A stretch of DNA of 64,000 nucleotides from Alphaproteobacteria bacterium (GCA_964291265.2 OZ219747.1:896001-960000); one strand, 5' to 3'; counted from the stretch's first letter, positions 9,686-20,092 are shown. Notes: generated by a model not told the origin, from the letters alone. Numbers and translations: made by a program.

Positions 9686-12600
9686 ATGAGTGGAAGGACA
9701 ATCTGGGGAACTGGCAGCGACGACGCGCTGGTCGGCGGTGCCGACGACGACACACTATACGGCCGTGAAGGCGATGATACGCTGGAAGGCGAAGCTGGCG
9801 ACGACACGCTCGAAGGTGGCGCCGGCGACGACATGCTCGACGGTGGCGCCGGCGACGATGTGCTGGAAGGCGAAGCTGGCGACGACGAACTGCAAGGCTC
9901 CGCTGGTGACGACACGCTGAAAGGCGGTGAAGGCGACGACGAACTGTGGGGCGATGCCGGCGCCGACACGATTGTCGGCGGTGCCGGCGACGACACCTTT
10001 GCGTTTCGCGTCGGCGACGGCCGAGACGTGATTGCCGACTTCGCGGATGGCGACATCATTCGATTTTACGGTGTTCGTTTCGGGTTTGACGATCTGGACA
10101 TTCGGCAGGACGGCAACGATGCCGTGATTTACTACGGCGGCGGTGACAGGATCACGCTGTCCAATGTGAAGGCCTCTTCCCTGGATGCGGGCGATTTCCG
10201 GTTTACCCGTGATAGTCTTTACGGCGGCGGCGGCGACGACACGCTGGTCGGCGATGCCGGCGACGACACGCTATACGGTGACGCCGGCAACGACATGCTC
10301 GATGGCGGTGAAGGCGACGACTGGCTGAGCGGCGATGCCGGCGACGACGAACTGTGGGGCGATGCCGGCGCCGACACGCTGGTCGGCGGTACCGGCGACG
10401 ACACCTTTGTGTTTCGCGTCGGCGACGGCCGAGACGTGATTGCCGACTTCGCGGATGGCGACATCATTCGATTTGATGGCGTTCGTTTCGGGTATGGTGA
10501 TCTGGACATCCGTCAGGACGGCAAGGACACCTTGGTTTCCTACGGCGGCGGCGATGACAGGATCACGTTGTCCAATGTGAAGGCCTCTTCCCTGGACGCG
10601 GGTGATTTCCGGTTCATCGGTGTCAGGCTGTCCGGCACTGAAGGCGACGACACCTTGTCCGGCGGCGCCGGCGACGACGTGCTGTCCGGTGGTGCTGGCG
10701 ACGATCGGCTGGAAGGCGGCGGCGGCGACGACTGGCTGTATGGCGATGCTGGCGACGATGAACTGTACGGTGGTACCGGCGACGACAAGCTTTACGGCGA
10801 TGCTGGCGACGATGAACTGTACGGTGGTGCCGGGGACGACAAGCTTTACGGCGATGCTGGCGACGACACCTTTGCGTTTCGCGTCGGCGACGGCCGAGAC
10901 GTGATTGCCGACTTCGCGGATGGCGACATCATTCGATTTGATGGCGTTCGTTTCGGGTATGGTGATCTGGACATCCGGCAGGACGGCAATGACGCCTTGG
11001 TTTCCTATGGCGGCGATGACAGGATCACGCTGTCCAATGTGAATGCCTCATACCTGGGTGCGGGCGATTTCCGGTTCATCGGTGTCAAGCTGTCCGGTAC
11101 TGAAGGCAACGACACGCTGCGCGGCGGCGCGAGCGACGACACACTGTCTGGTGGTGCCGGCCAGGACGAACTGTTCGGCGGTGCCGGCGACGACATGCTC
11201 GATGGCGGTGAAGGCGACGACACGCTGCGCGGCGGCGCGGACGACGACACGCTGTCTGGTGGTGCCGGCCAGGACGAACTGTACGGTGGTGCCGGCGACG
11301 ACACGCTGTCCGGTGGTGCCGGCGACGACACCTTTGCGTTTCACGTCGGCGACGGCCGGGACGTGATTGCCGACTTCGCGGATGGCGACGTCATTCGATT
11401 TGATGGTGTTCGTTTCGGGCATGGCTATCTGGACATTCGGCAGGACGGCAAGGATGCCGTGATTTCCTACGGCGATGACAGGATCACGCTGTCCAATGTG
11501 AAGGCACCTTCCCTGGATGCGGGCGATTTCCGATTCATCGGTGTCAGTCTGTCCGGCACTGAAGGCGACGACAGGCTGTCCGGCGGTGTCGGCGACGACA
11601 CGCTGTCCGGTGGTGCCGGCGACGACACGCTGATCGGCAAGGACGGCGACGACACGCTGTCCGGCGGTGCCGGCGACGACATCTTTGCGTTTCACGTCGG
11701 CGACGGCCGAGACGTGATTGCCGACTTCGCGGATGGCGACATCATTCGACTTTATGGCGTTCGTCCCGGGCATGACGGTCTGGACATCCGGCAGGACGGC
11801 AAGGATGCCGTGATTTACTACGGCGGCGATGACAGGATCACGCTGTCGAACGTGAAGGCCTCTTCCCTGGATGCGGACGATTTCCGGTTTACCGGTGTCA
11901 GTCTGTACGGCGGCGCCGGCGACGACACGCTGTCCGGTAGCGCCTTCGACGACACGCTGATTGGCGAAGCCGGCGACGACACGCTGTCCGGCGAGGCCGG
12001 CGACGACATGCTGTACGGCGGCGCCGACGACGACACCTTCGTGCTTCGCGTCGGCGACGGCCGGGACGTGATTGCCGACTTCGCGGATGGTGATGTCATT
12101 CGATTTGATGGCGTTCGTTTCGGGTATGACGATCTGGACATCCGGCAGGACGGCAGGGACGTCTTGGTTTCCTACGGCGGCGGCGATGACAGGATCACGC
12201 TGTCCAATGTGAAGGCCTCTTCCCTGGATGCGGGCGATTTCCGGTTCATCGGTGTCAGACTGTCCGGCACTGAAGGCAACGACACGCTGCGCGGTGGCGC
12301 GAACGACGACACGCTGTCTGGTGGTGCTGGCCAAGACATACTGCACGGCGGCGCCGGCGACGACACGCTGAAAGGCGGCAAATGGAACGACTGGCTGTAC
12401 GGCGATGCCGGCGACGACACGCTGACTGGTGGTGCTGGCCGAGACGAACTGTACGGCGGTGCCGGGGACGACACGCTGGACGGCGGTTCCGGCTACGACT
12501 GGCTGGAGGGCGATGCTGGCGTTGACACGCTGGAAGGCGGCGGCGGCGACGATGATCTGGAAGGCGGCGACGGCGACGACGAACTGTACGGTGGTGCCGG

Positions 12601-13573
12601 GGACGACACGCTGTGGGGCGACGCCGGCGACGACTTGCTGTTCGGCGGCACCGGCAACGACTGGTGGATGTACGGCGGCGCCGGCGACGACGAACTGCAA
12701 GGCGGTGCCGGCAAAGACTCGCTGGAAGGCGGCACCGGCGACGACTGGCTGGAGGGTGGCACCGGCGACGACAAGCTGTACGGCGGCGTCAAAGACGGAG
12801 AGCCGCTGTCCGGCGGCACGGGCGACGACACCTTTGTATTTCGCGTCGGCGACGGCCGAGACGTGATTGTCGACTTCGCGGATGGCGATGTCATTCGATT
12901 TGATGGCGTTGGTTTCGGGTATGACGATCTGGACATCCGGTGGGACGGCAAGGATGCCGTGATTTACTATGGCGACGACGACAGGATCACGCTGAAGGGC
13001 GTGAAGGCTTCTTCCATGGACGCGGACGATTTCCGGTTTTCCGCCGGCATTGACCTGAGCGGCGGGGCGGACCACGACACGCTCCGCGGCGGCGTCGGCA
13101 ATGACACGCTGACGGGCGGCGACGGCAACGACAGGCTCAGTGGCGGCGAGGGCGCCGACACGATCAACGGCGATGCCGGCGACGACACGCTCCGCGGCGG
13201 CGTCGGCAATGACACGCTGACGGGCGGCGACGGCAGCGACATGCTCAGTGGCGGCGAGGGCGCCGACACGATCAACGGCGATGCCGGCGACGACACGCTC
13301 CGCGGCGGCGTCGGCAATGACACGCTGACGGGCGGCGACGGCAACGACAGGCTCAATGGCGGTGACGGCAATGACACGCTGACGGGCGGCGACAGCAATG
13401 ACAGGCTGTTTGGCGGCGTCGGCAATGACACGCTGACCGGTGGCGCCGGCGACGACTGGCTCCAGGGCGGTGCGGGAACCGACATGATGACCGGCGGAGC
13501 CGGCAACGACACCTTCCTCTACAACGGATGGGGCGATGACACCATCTCGGACTTCGCTGCGGAGGAACATTGA
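9686..13573 (+). CDS. Large RTX/hemolysin-type calcium-binding repeat protein, likely T1SS substrate; C-terminus out of frame
   Basis: Dozens of GGxGDDxLx nonapeptides alternating with about eight copies of a FRVGDGRDVIADFADGD..ITLSNVKASSLDAGDFRF module. Confidence 0.93.
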   Translation: MSGRTIWGTGSDDALVGGADDDTLYGREGDDTLEGEAGDDTLEGGAGDDMLDGGAGDDVLEGEAGDDELQGSAGDDTLKGGEGDDELWGDAGADTIVGGAGDDTFAFRVGDGRDVIADFADGDIIRFYGVRFGFDDLDIRQDGNDAVIYYGGGDRITLSNVKASSLDAGDFRFTRDSLYGGGGDDTLVGDAGDDTLYGDAGNDMLDGGEGDDWLSGDAGDDELWGDAGADTLVGGTGDDTFVFRVGDGRDVIADFADGDIIRFDGVRFGYGDLDIRQDGKDTLVSYGGGDDRITLSNVKASSLDAGDFRFIGVRLSGTEGDDTLSGGAGDDVLSGGAGDDRLEGGGGDDWLYGDAGDDELYGGTGDDKLYGDAGDDELYGGAGDDKLYGDAGDDTFAFRVGDGRDVIADFADGDIIRFDGVRFGYGDLDIRQDGNDALVSYGGDDRITLSNVNASYLGAGDFRFIGVKLSGTEGNDTLRGGASDDTLSGGAGQDELFGGAGDDMLDGGEGDDTLRGGADDDTLSGGAGQDELYGGAGDDTLSGGAGDDTFAFHVGDGRDVIADFADGDVIRFDGVRFGHGYLDIRQDGKDAVISYGDDRITLSNVKAPSLDAGDFRFIGVSLSGTEGDDRLSGGVGDDTLSGGAGDDTLIGKDGDDTLSGGAGDDIFAFHVGDGRDVIADFADGDIIRLYGVRPGHDGLDIRQDGKDAVIYYGGDDRITLSNVKASSLDADDFRFTGVSLYGGAGDDTLSGSAFDDTLIGEAGDDTLSGEAGDDMLYGGADDDTFVLRVGDGRDVIADFADGDVIRFDGVRFGYDDLDIRQDGRDVLVSYGGGDDRITLSNVKASSLDAGDFRFIGVRLSGTEGNDTLRGGANDDTLSGGAGQDILHGGAGDDTLKGGKWNDWLYGDAGDDTLTGGAGRDELYGGAGDDTLDGGSGYDWLEGDAGVDTLEGGGGDDDLEGGDGDDELYGGAGDDTLWGDAGDDLLFGGTGNDWWMYGGAGDDELQGGAGKDSLEGGTGDDWLEGGTGDDKLYGGVKDGEPLSGGTGDDTFVFRVGDGRDVIVDFADGDVIRFDGVGFGYDDLDIRWDGKDAVIYYGDDDRITLKGVKASSMDADDFRFSAGIDLSGGADHDTLRGGVGNDTLTGGDGNDRLSGGEGADTINGDAGDDTLRGGVGNDTLTGGDGSDMLSGGEGADTINGDAGDDTLRGGVGNDTLTGGDGNDRLNGGDGNDTLTGGDSNDRLFGGVGNDTLTGGAGDDWLQGGAGTDMMTGGAGNDTFLYNGWGDDTISDFAAEEH

Positions 13574-13636
13574 TGGGGTCACCGCGTTCGGCGACATCAC
13601 CGTTGATTCCACGGAAGGCGGCTTCGAGATCTCCTT

Positions 13637-13795
13637 CGGTGACGGCAGCGCCGACATCCTGACCGTCACGTCCAGCTTGCAGGCACTCGAAGCCGACTTC
13701 CCTTGAGGACACCACACGGTGACGGCAGCGCCGACATCCTGACCGTCACGTCCAGCTTGCAGGCACTCGAAGCCGAACACTTCGACTTCCCTTGA
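13637..13795 (+). repeat. Direct duplication (~60 bp) of the RTX C-terminal coding segment
   Basis: CGGTGACGGCAGCGCCGACATCCTGACCGTCACGTCCAGCTTGCAGGCACTCGAAGCCGA at 13637 and 13717. Confidence 0.9.
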
Positions 13796-13844
13796 TGCGT
13801 TTCGTGCGCAGGGCCGCTCCCGTCGCCTGCCCATAGTCACAAAT

Positions 13845-13920
13845 TCAGACATCCTGACCTCGTCCAACGTCAAGTGAAACGATTTTGGAGTGTGGCGCCG
13901 TGGATGTTGGACGAAGGCCG
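13845..13920. mobile_element. Solo end of the small TIR element seen at 34395-34659
   Basis: TCAGACATCCTGACCTCGTCCAACGTCAA shared with 34396 onward. Confidence 0.65.
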
Positions 13921-14139
13921 AGGTTTGTTCCCGGATAGACGGTCCTGGTTTGGTTGAGGGTGCCACGGCGAGCGAATGCTCGCAACGCTCGAAGCAGGCA
14001 CTCCGGCGATGGCACGGGCCTGCCACGATGTCGAGGGGCGCCTGTCGGCTTCCACGGGGGGGGATGATGGAGGAAGCCTCTCCCCGCTTCGACACGAAGG
14101 CTCTTGCGGTCGAGAGGCGGGGTCCTTGCGGCCCTGCCG

Positions 14140-14322
14140 ATGTTGCTGCGGGACGACAAGAGTTTCCCGCACATCCCGATCGCGCGGGACCACGAATGGC
14201 CGTGCATCCTCAAGTACCGGGGCGCACGCTCGCGGCTGGGCGAATATCTCGGCCCCTTCGCCTCGGCGGTTGCGGTGAACCGGACCCTGACCGCGCTCCA
14301 GCGCGCCTTCCTGCTCAGATCC
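14140..14322 (+). pseudogene. uvrC: Internal fragment of excinuclease ABC subunit C
   Basis: [60 protein letters not shown]. Confidence 0.8.
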
Positions 14323-14520
14323 ACCGGATCGTCACAGCGGAAGGTGTCGATCGCCCGGCGGTTGAGATCTATGCCGATGCTGTGCAGCGTCGGCGGTAAG
14401 CGCTCCATGATCGCCCCGCCTCCCAGGTGCAACTCGATGGACACGTCATGCGGCGGCATGGCCGCGACGATCACCTGGCTTGAGACCCGTCGTTGCCTTC
14501 GATCCGTACCATGCCGCCAT
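14320..14520 (-). pseudogene. 5' fragment of the IS66-associated adenine methyltransferase
   Basis: [47 protein letters not shown]; highly similar to 52840-53040. Confidence 0.8.
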
Positions 14521-14800
14521 CAACGCCTCCGATCACCCCGACGGTCAGCCCATGGAATGTCACTCCTGCACTACAGTGAGATCGAGCGCCGCCGCGGATG
14601 CCTGCATCGTGGACTTCCTCGAGGCACTGCAGGAACACTGGGATCCACCCGAAGACGATGGCTGGCCCGAGCTCGATACCGCGAATGCCTGGATCGTGGG
14701 CGGTCCGGACCCGTGCTGCTTCGGCATCGCCCGGGACCGGGGTCGGACGAAACGCGGTGAACGAGGAGCGCCAAGGGAAGGTCGAAGGGACGAGGTGTCC

Positions 14801-15922
14801 TCACGCGGGCCGGGCCGCGGCCAGATGATTGTCCCAATGACAGGGTTCGGGGAAGCCGGTGGGGAACTCTTGCCGGGTGTGCCGGTCCAGCATGAACACT
14901 CCTCCCTCGCCGCCGCTTGCCAGGAATTCCCCGTCCCGTGTGCCCGGGGCGAGGCCGCAGCCGTCCCTCAAGCACACGGAATGGAGAAATTTCCCTTCCA
15001 TGCCGTCCCAGAGGGTCACGAGGTTGCCGCGTGGGGCGCTGACGGCAAACCGGACACCTGCCCTGTCGAAGCACACGTCGCCGCAATGGTGCTTCATGGC
15101 GGCGAGGACCGGCGCCGGGGCTTCCAGCAGGAGGAGGGAGCTTGCGGACCGGCAAAGGGCGACCAGCGGCACCCTGTCTCCCGCGGGCCCTTCATACTGC
15201 ATGGCGACTGCCACCTGGCCCCCTTCGCTCACGGCGAGATGGCGAATGCCGAGAAAACGCAGGTCGCCCGCGAGGTCGAGGCGTTGCTGCAGGTCGCCCG
15301 TCTGGCTGTCGACGAAGCAGAGTGACGGCTCCATCGCCGGAAGGTTGAGCTTCGCCCTCGGATAGTCGGGGTGGGTGTGGATGCCTCCGTTGGCGACCGC
15401 CAGGGTCCTTCCGTCGGGCAACAGCCGGATGTCGTGCGGGCCGATGCCATGAGAGGAGAGTTCCCCGAGCCGATCGAATCCGGAGCGGGCATCATAGATG
15501 CCGACGGCGCCGCGCCCGGCTGCAAAATCGTTCTCGGTGGCGTAGAGCAGGCGTCCGTCGGCACTGAAGACGCCATGGCCCTGGAAGCGGCGGTCTGCCG
15601 GAGGCGCGAACCAGTGCATCACAAGACCGCGTCCGGGATCGAGTGCAAGCGCGAATTCCCCGGGGCGCCTGGCGAAGTGCACGGCCCGGCGGTTGTCGGG
15701 GCTGACGGCAAAGGCGTGCCCGCGCGCCGGGAGCGCGTGGTCGAACAGCACCTCTCCGGTCACCGAAAAGGCGCGCAGGCGATAGCGGCCGGGTGCCGTG
15801 GCGGCCGCTGAAAGGTAGACATCTCCCGCTGCCCCGGCGGCAGCCCTCGTCTCGACAGGCGCCGCGAGACCGGCGGCGAGCAGCCGCAGCACCCCGCGCC
15901 GGTCAATCACCGTCGAGGGCAT
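14801..15922 (-). CDS. DUF1513 family protein with twin-arginine signal
   Basis: DRRGVLRLL, RGHAFA, FARRPG, GHGVFSADGRLLYATEND, GIGPHD, WDNHL. Confidence 0.9.
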   Translation of the reverse strand: MPSTVIDRRGVLRLLAAGLAAPVETRAAAGAAGDVYLSAAATAPGRYRLRAFSVTGEVLFDHALPARGHAFAVSPDNRRAVHFARRPGEFALALDPGRGLVMHWFAPPADRRFQGHGVFSADGRLLYATENDFAAGRGAVGIYDARSGFDRLGELSSHGIGPHDIRLLPDGRTLAVANGGIHTHPDYPRAKLNLPAMEPSLCFVDSQTGDLQQRLDLAGDLRFLGIRHLAVSEGGQVAVAMQYEGPAGDRVPLVALCRSASSLLLLEAPAPVLAAMKHHCGDVCFDRAGVRFAVSAPRGNLVTLWDGMEGKFLHSVCLRDGCGLAPGTRDGEFLASGGEGGVFMLDRHTRQEFPTGFPEPCHWDNHLAAARPA

Positions 15923-17003
15923 TGAAGCCGATGGGGAGATCAAGGGCCGTGGTCAGGCGGTTGCGCACGATCTGGCGAAGGGCCCGTACCCGGATCAGGA
16001 GCTTCTCCACGAGGCCGCGCCGCGCCGGGTCGGCGGCCGCTTCCTCCAGCGGCCCCTCGATCGACCGGGCCGTTTCGAGGATGGCGCGGAACCCCTTGCG
16101 AATCAGCTTCTCGAGCCTGTCTTCCGATTCCGGCAGCAGAGAGCCCAGGCCGGGTCCGGATCCACCCGTGTAGAGGTCGTGGAGCGCTTCGAGATTGAGG
16201 ACAATGTTCCGCAGTGCCCGGGCGCTGAGACGGGATTCCGCCAGGCGGGGACGGGCAGCGTCGATGTCATGGCCGACAACCGGCGCGAGCTTCAGATCGG
16301 CGATTCTCTGCAGTCCGCCGTGGAGGCTCGAGAGCAGCGTCAGGGATGCCTCGTCGTGGCTTGCGTAGTACGGGTTGTCGGAGCCGGGCCCGACAAAGAG
16401 CGTGACAAACGAGCGTTCACCTCTCCACCAGTCCCTGTCCATTCCTTCGGCCATTGTCCGCATGTTGACGGCAATGGCTCGCAGAAGACGACATCCGGTG
16501 GCGGATCCTCGCGGTTCCGATTCCGTGGCCTCCTGCCCGAAGAGCAGCGCTTCCGCGGCCATCAGCCCCTGGCCTGCCGCACTCGCGTCCTCGATGCGTG
16601 ATGGCGAGATGTCGGCCCCATCTGTCAGCAGCCCGGCCACGACCTTGTCCACCTTGCCGCGCGCTTCGGGCCAGAAATGGAACCTGCTGGTGCGCAGGAA
16701 CAGTTCGGCTGGTCCGAAACGGAGATGCTCGACATCCATCCATGCGTCCATGAGGGCATGAAACGCCGACCGCGCTTCATGCATGGTCATCGGTCCGGGC
16801 CGCGTGCAAAGGCGCTCGGCTGCGCCCTCGAACTCCGTCGCCCGCAACAGGAGAGTGCCGTAGCGGGGACGTACGTGGTTGTCGGCGAGTGCCGCATTGA
16901 CGTGTGCGAAGGACTCCGGCGATGGCCTGTCATCGGAAGCGGCGGGGACGCAGCTGACGGCAATCGCCAGTGCCATGGCTGGAAGAGTGGACGTGTGTGG
17001 CAC
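15903..17003 (-). CDS. Imelysin-like (M75) iron-regulated protein
   Basis: Signal peptide, AWMDVEHLRFGP, FWPEARG, C-terminal IGFNALDGD. Confidence 0.88.
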   Translation of the reverse strand: MPHTSTLPAMALAIAVSCVPAASDDRPSPESFAHVNAALADNHVRPRYGTLLLRATEFEGAAERLCTRPGPMTMHEARSAFHALMDAWMDVEHLRFGPAELFLRTSRFHFWPEARGKVDKVVAGLLTDGADISPSRIEDASAAGQGLMAAEALLFGQEATESEPRGSATGCRLLRAIAVNMRTMAEGMDRDWWRGERSFVTLFVGPGSDNPYYASHDEASLTLLSSLHGGLQRIADLKLAPVVGHDIDAARPRLAESRLSARALRNIVLNLEALHDLYTGGSGPGLGSLLPESEDRLEKLIRKGFRAILETARSIEGPLEEAAADPARRGLVEKLLIRVRALRQIVRNRLTTALDLPIGFNALDGD

Positions 17004-17027
17004 CCCTTGACCTCCGGTTTCGTTGCC

Positions 17028-18491
17028 TCACAGGGAACGCAGAAACGCCAGAAGCGCTTCGCGTTCCCCGTCGGTCATGCGCACGACCGCGCGTTTCGCA
17101 TTCTCCGCTTCACCACCATGCCAGAGCACGGCCTCGAGAAGGCCGCGTGCGCGGCCATCGTGGAGAAACAGGCGATGGCCATTCACGGTGTGCGTGAGTC
17201 CGATGCCCCACAGCGGCGCAGTCCGCCATTCGCGCCCGGTCGCTTCGCCTTCGGGCCGGTCATCGGCGAGGCCCGGGCCCATGTCGTGGAGCAGCAGGTC
17301 CGTATAGGGCCAGATCAGCTGAAACGACTGCTCCGGCCCGAGGGAATCACGGCGGGTCACGAACTTGGGCCTATGGCAGGCGGTGCAGCCCGCTTCGTAG
17401 AACAGGCGCTTGCCGCGCAGGACCTCGGGATCGTCCACGTGGCGCCGGGCCGGTACGGCAAGGTTCCGGGCATAGAAGGCAAGGACATCGAAGAGGATTT
17501 CACCTGCTTCGACGCCCGTATCGTGGTCGTCGCCGTCTCCGTGAGGAGCGTCGAGACAGGCTGTCTGCGCCGGTGTGCAGTCGCCATGGGGCACTGGATA
17601 GAGCGGCGTCGAGATGCCGATATCGTTGCGAAACGCCGCGGCAGCCTGCTGGGAGACCGTCGGCTGGCCGGCCTTCCAGCCGAACCGTCCAATCATGAAG
17701 CGCCGGTGTTCGTCGCTCCACACCCGGTTCGGCCGCCCCGAGACTCCGTCGCCGTCCCGGTCATCCGGGTCGGCATGGGCGAGGATGTCATCGGCGAGCA
17801 CCGCTTCAAGCAGGCCGACGCCGATCATGGCTGGGGCCGTACGCGGTGATATCCGCAGGTCCGGGGCATGTGGCCCGTAGCCCGGATCGGTGATGCCGTA
17901 GCGGGGCTGACGCAACCATGCCGTGCTGCCGCCGGCCAGACGTACGGGAATCTCCTCCCATTCGACGGTCATCCGGCCCTCGGCCGGCACTCCCTGTACC
18001 GAGTGATTCTGAAGCTGGCTTCCGTACACCGGGTCCGGGTCGCGTCCGTCCGGTCCCGTGGCGAGGCGAAGAACCATGGAGACCGCCTGATTTCCAGGCG
18101 CCGGTGGCCGTCCTCGACCGTCCTTGACGTGACAGCTCTGGCAGGACCGCGCGTTGAACAGGGGACCAAGTCCGTCAGACGAACGGGTCGAACTCGGAGA
18201 GGAGACCCAGATCCTGACGAACACGCCGTCGCCAACCTCGAAGTCGAGTCGTCGTTCGAAGGACATGTTTGCAGACGGATGCGAAAAGGCGTCGCGGTTC
18301 GGCGTTGCGAACGACGTTGCGGCTCCAGCGGAGCGCCGTTCATGGGGCTCCGCAGCGGAGAAGTCGGATGTCAGGCGTGTCACCGCCTCCGCTCGTGCGC
18401 GGTCTGCACCGTCCTCGACGGGCTGCACGATGTCCGGGACGCACAGGACCAGAATCGCAACCGCAACGGCACAGAACCTGAAACCGGTCAT
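17028..18491 (-). CDS. Di-haem oxidoreductase (DUF1111)
   Basis: GLGPLFNARSCQSCH, GRFGWKA, CTACH, YTDLLLHDMG, WRTAPLWG. Confidence 0.92.
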   Translation of the reverse strand: MTGFRFCAVAVAILVLCVPDIVQPVEDGADRARAEAVTRLTSDFSAAEPHERRSAGAATSFATPNRDAFSHPSANMSFERRLDFEVGDGVFVRIWVSSPSSTRSSDGLGPLFNARSCQSCHVKDGRGRPPAPGNQAVSMVLRLATGPDGRDPDPVYGSQLQNHSVQGVPAEGRMTVEWEEIPVRLAGGSTAWLRQPRYGITDPGYGPHAPDLRISPRTAPAMIGVGLLEAVLADDILAHADPDDRDGDGVSGRPNRVWSDEHRRFMIGRFGWKAGQPTVSQQAAAAFRNDIGISTPLYPVPHGDCTPAQTACLDAPHGDGDDHDTGVEAGEILFDVLAFYARNLAVPARRHVDDPEVLRGKRLFYEAGCTACHRPKFVTRRDSLGPEQSFQLIWPYTDLLLHDMGPGLADDRPEGEATGREWRTAPLWGIGLTHTVNGHRLFLHDGRARGLLEAVLWHGGEAENAKRAVVRMTDGEREALLAFLRSL

Positions 18492-18514
18492 CGAAAAACT
18501 TTCCGCGACAGGGG

Positions 18515-18550
18515 TTGACAGTCGGCATGATAATAGGAATGGTTCGCATT
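18515..18550 (+). promoter_or_regulatory. Divergent promoter with TTGACA and a Fur-box-like operator
   Basis: TTGACA at 18515-18520; AATAGGAATGGTTCGCATT at 18532-18550 resembles the iron-box palindrome; lies between iron-uptake genes. Confidence 0.55.
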
Positions 18551-18577
18551 CGCAACAACTGTCAGTGGAGTGAGTCC

Positions 18578-19885
18578 ATGAAGAATCAGGGAATGCTGGC
18601 CGCGCCGCTCGGCGTTTGTCTCCTCGTGACGGGCCTGGTGGCGACGATGGTCGCAGGCACCACGAGGGCCGCAGCGGACACCGCGAGCCCGGAGGGCGAC
18701 GTACTCTCGCACTATGCGGCGATGGCCCATGCGGTCTACGAGGATTCGCTGATCACCGCTCAGGCGCTGTCACATGCGGTGGACAGGCTGATTGCCGCGC
18801 CCTCCCGGGACACGCTCTCCGAGGCGCGTGCCGCATGGCGGGCTTCCCGGGTGCCGTATCAGCAAAGCGAGGTCTATCGCTTTGGCAACGCCGTGGTGGA
18901 TGACTGGGAAGGCAGGGTCAACGCCTGGCCGCTCGACGAGGGCCTGATCGACTACGTCGACGCGAGTTATGGCGACGCGTCCGACGAGAATCCCGGATAC
19001 GGTGCGAATGTCATTGCCAATGCGGTGTTCACGTTCTCGGGCGAGGACATCGATGCGTCCGTGATCGACGCCGCGCTGCTTGCCGACAGGCTTCATGAAC
19101 TCGGAGGCGTGGAGGCGAATGTCGCAACCGGTTATCACGCCATCGAGTTTCTTCTCTGGGGCCAGGACCTGAACGGCACCGGACCCGGTGCCGGAGCGCG
19201 TCAGGCCAGCGATTTCGACACCGCCAACTGTACCGGCGGACACTGCGATCGCCGCGCTTCCTATCTCGAGGCTGCCGTGGACCTGCTGTTGGATGACCTG
19301 ACCTGGATGACGGCGCAATGGGCGCCCGACGGGCCTGCCTCCGGGGCGTTGACGGAAGGCGGCATGGCCGAAGGCCTTGCGACCATCATCACGGGCATGG
19401 GCAGCCTTTCCTACGGGGAACTCGCCGGCGAACGCATGAAACTGGGTCTGCTGCTGCACGATCCCGAAGAGGAGCATGACTGCTTCAGCGACAACACCCA
19501 CAACTCGCACTACTACAACGCGCTGGGCATCAGGAACATCTATCTCGGCGAGTACACGCGGACAGACGGCACCATGGTTGCGGGCCCCGGTCTTTCGTCG
19601 CTGGTTGCGGCCGTTTCACCGGAAGCCGACATGGAATTGCGGGAGCGGCTTGACGCCACCATGGCGGCCATGGGCGCCATGGTTGAAGCGGCCCGGGGAG
19701 GCGAGGCCTACGATCAGATGATCGCAGAGAACAATGCGGCGGGCAATGCGCTCGTCGAGGCCGCCATCAATGCGCTGACCGAGCAGACCGACGCGATCAC
19801 ACATGCCGCCGGAGCACTCGAGCTGACGGCCCTGGAGTTCGAAGGGTCCGACAGTCTCGATGACCCGGAGGCCGTATTCCAGTAA
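18578..19885 (+). CDS. Imelysin family iron-regulated protein (IrpA-like)
   Basis: VNAWPLDEGLIDYV, TGYHAIEFLLWGQD, EEEHDCFSDNTH. Confidence 0.92.
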   Translation: MKNQGMLAAPLGVCLLVTGLVATMVAGTTRAAADTASPEGDVLSHYAAMAHAVYEDSLITAQALSHAVDRLIAAPSRDTLSEARAAWRASRVPYQQSEVYRFGNAVVDDWEGRVNAWPLDEGLIDYVDASYGDASDENPGYGANVIANAVFTFSGEDIDASVIDAALLADRLHELGGVEANVATGYHAIEFLLWGQDLNGTGPGAGARQASDFDTANCTGGHCDRRASYLEAAVDLLLDDLTWMTAQWAPDGPASGALTEGGMAEGLATIITGMGSLSYGELAGERMKLGLLLHDPEEEHDCFSDNTHNSHYYNALGIRNIYLGEYTRTDGTMVAGPGLSSLVAAVSPEADMELRERLDATMAAMGAMVEAARGGEAYDQMIAENNAAGNALVEAAINALTEQTDAITHAAGALELTALEFEGSDSLDDPEAVFQ

Positions 19886-20092
19886 CGGCAGGGGGTCTCT
19901 CCTCCTAGCCACCCCTTGCCGCTGGAGCATGGACGGCGCGACCGCACCTGCGCCGTCCATGCATTTTCTGCCATCGGGTCAGCCCGTCAGCGTTTCGGCG
20001 TGGCGCCGCAGGCCTGCCGGAATGTCCTTGATAGCGGGTTTGCCGACGGTGATGATGACCCCGGTTTCTGACCCGCCGGAGAGGATCACACC

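Noticed and set aside
9700-13500. Regularly spaced DNA repeats resembling a CRISPR array or DGR template
   Set aside because: The repeats are in-frame coding modules of the RTX protein; no unique spacers or cas genes, and no adenine-specific variation
11048-14095. 1015-aa minus-strand ORF
   Set aside because: Antisense shadow of the repetitive GC-rich RTX gene; no independent motifs
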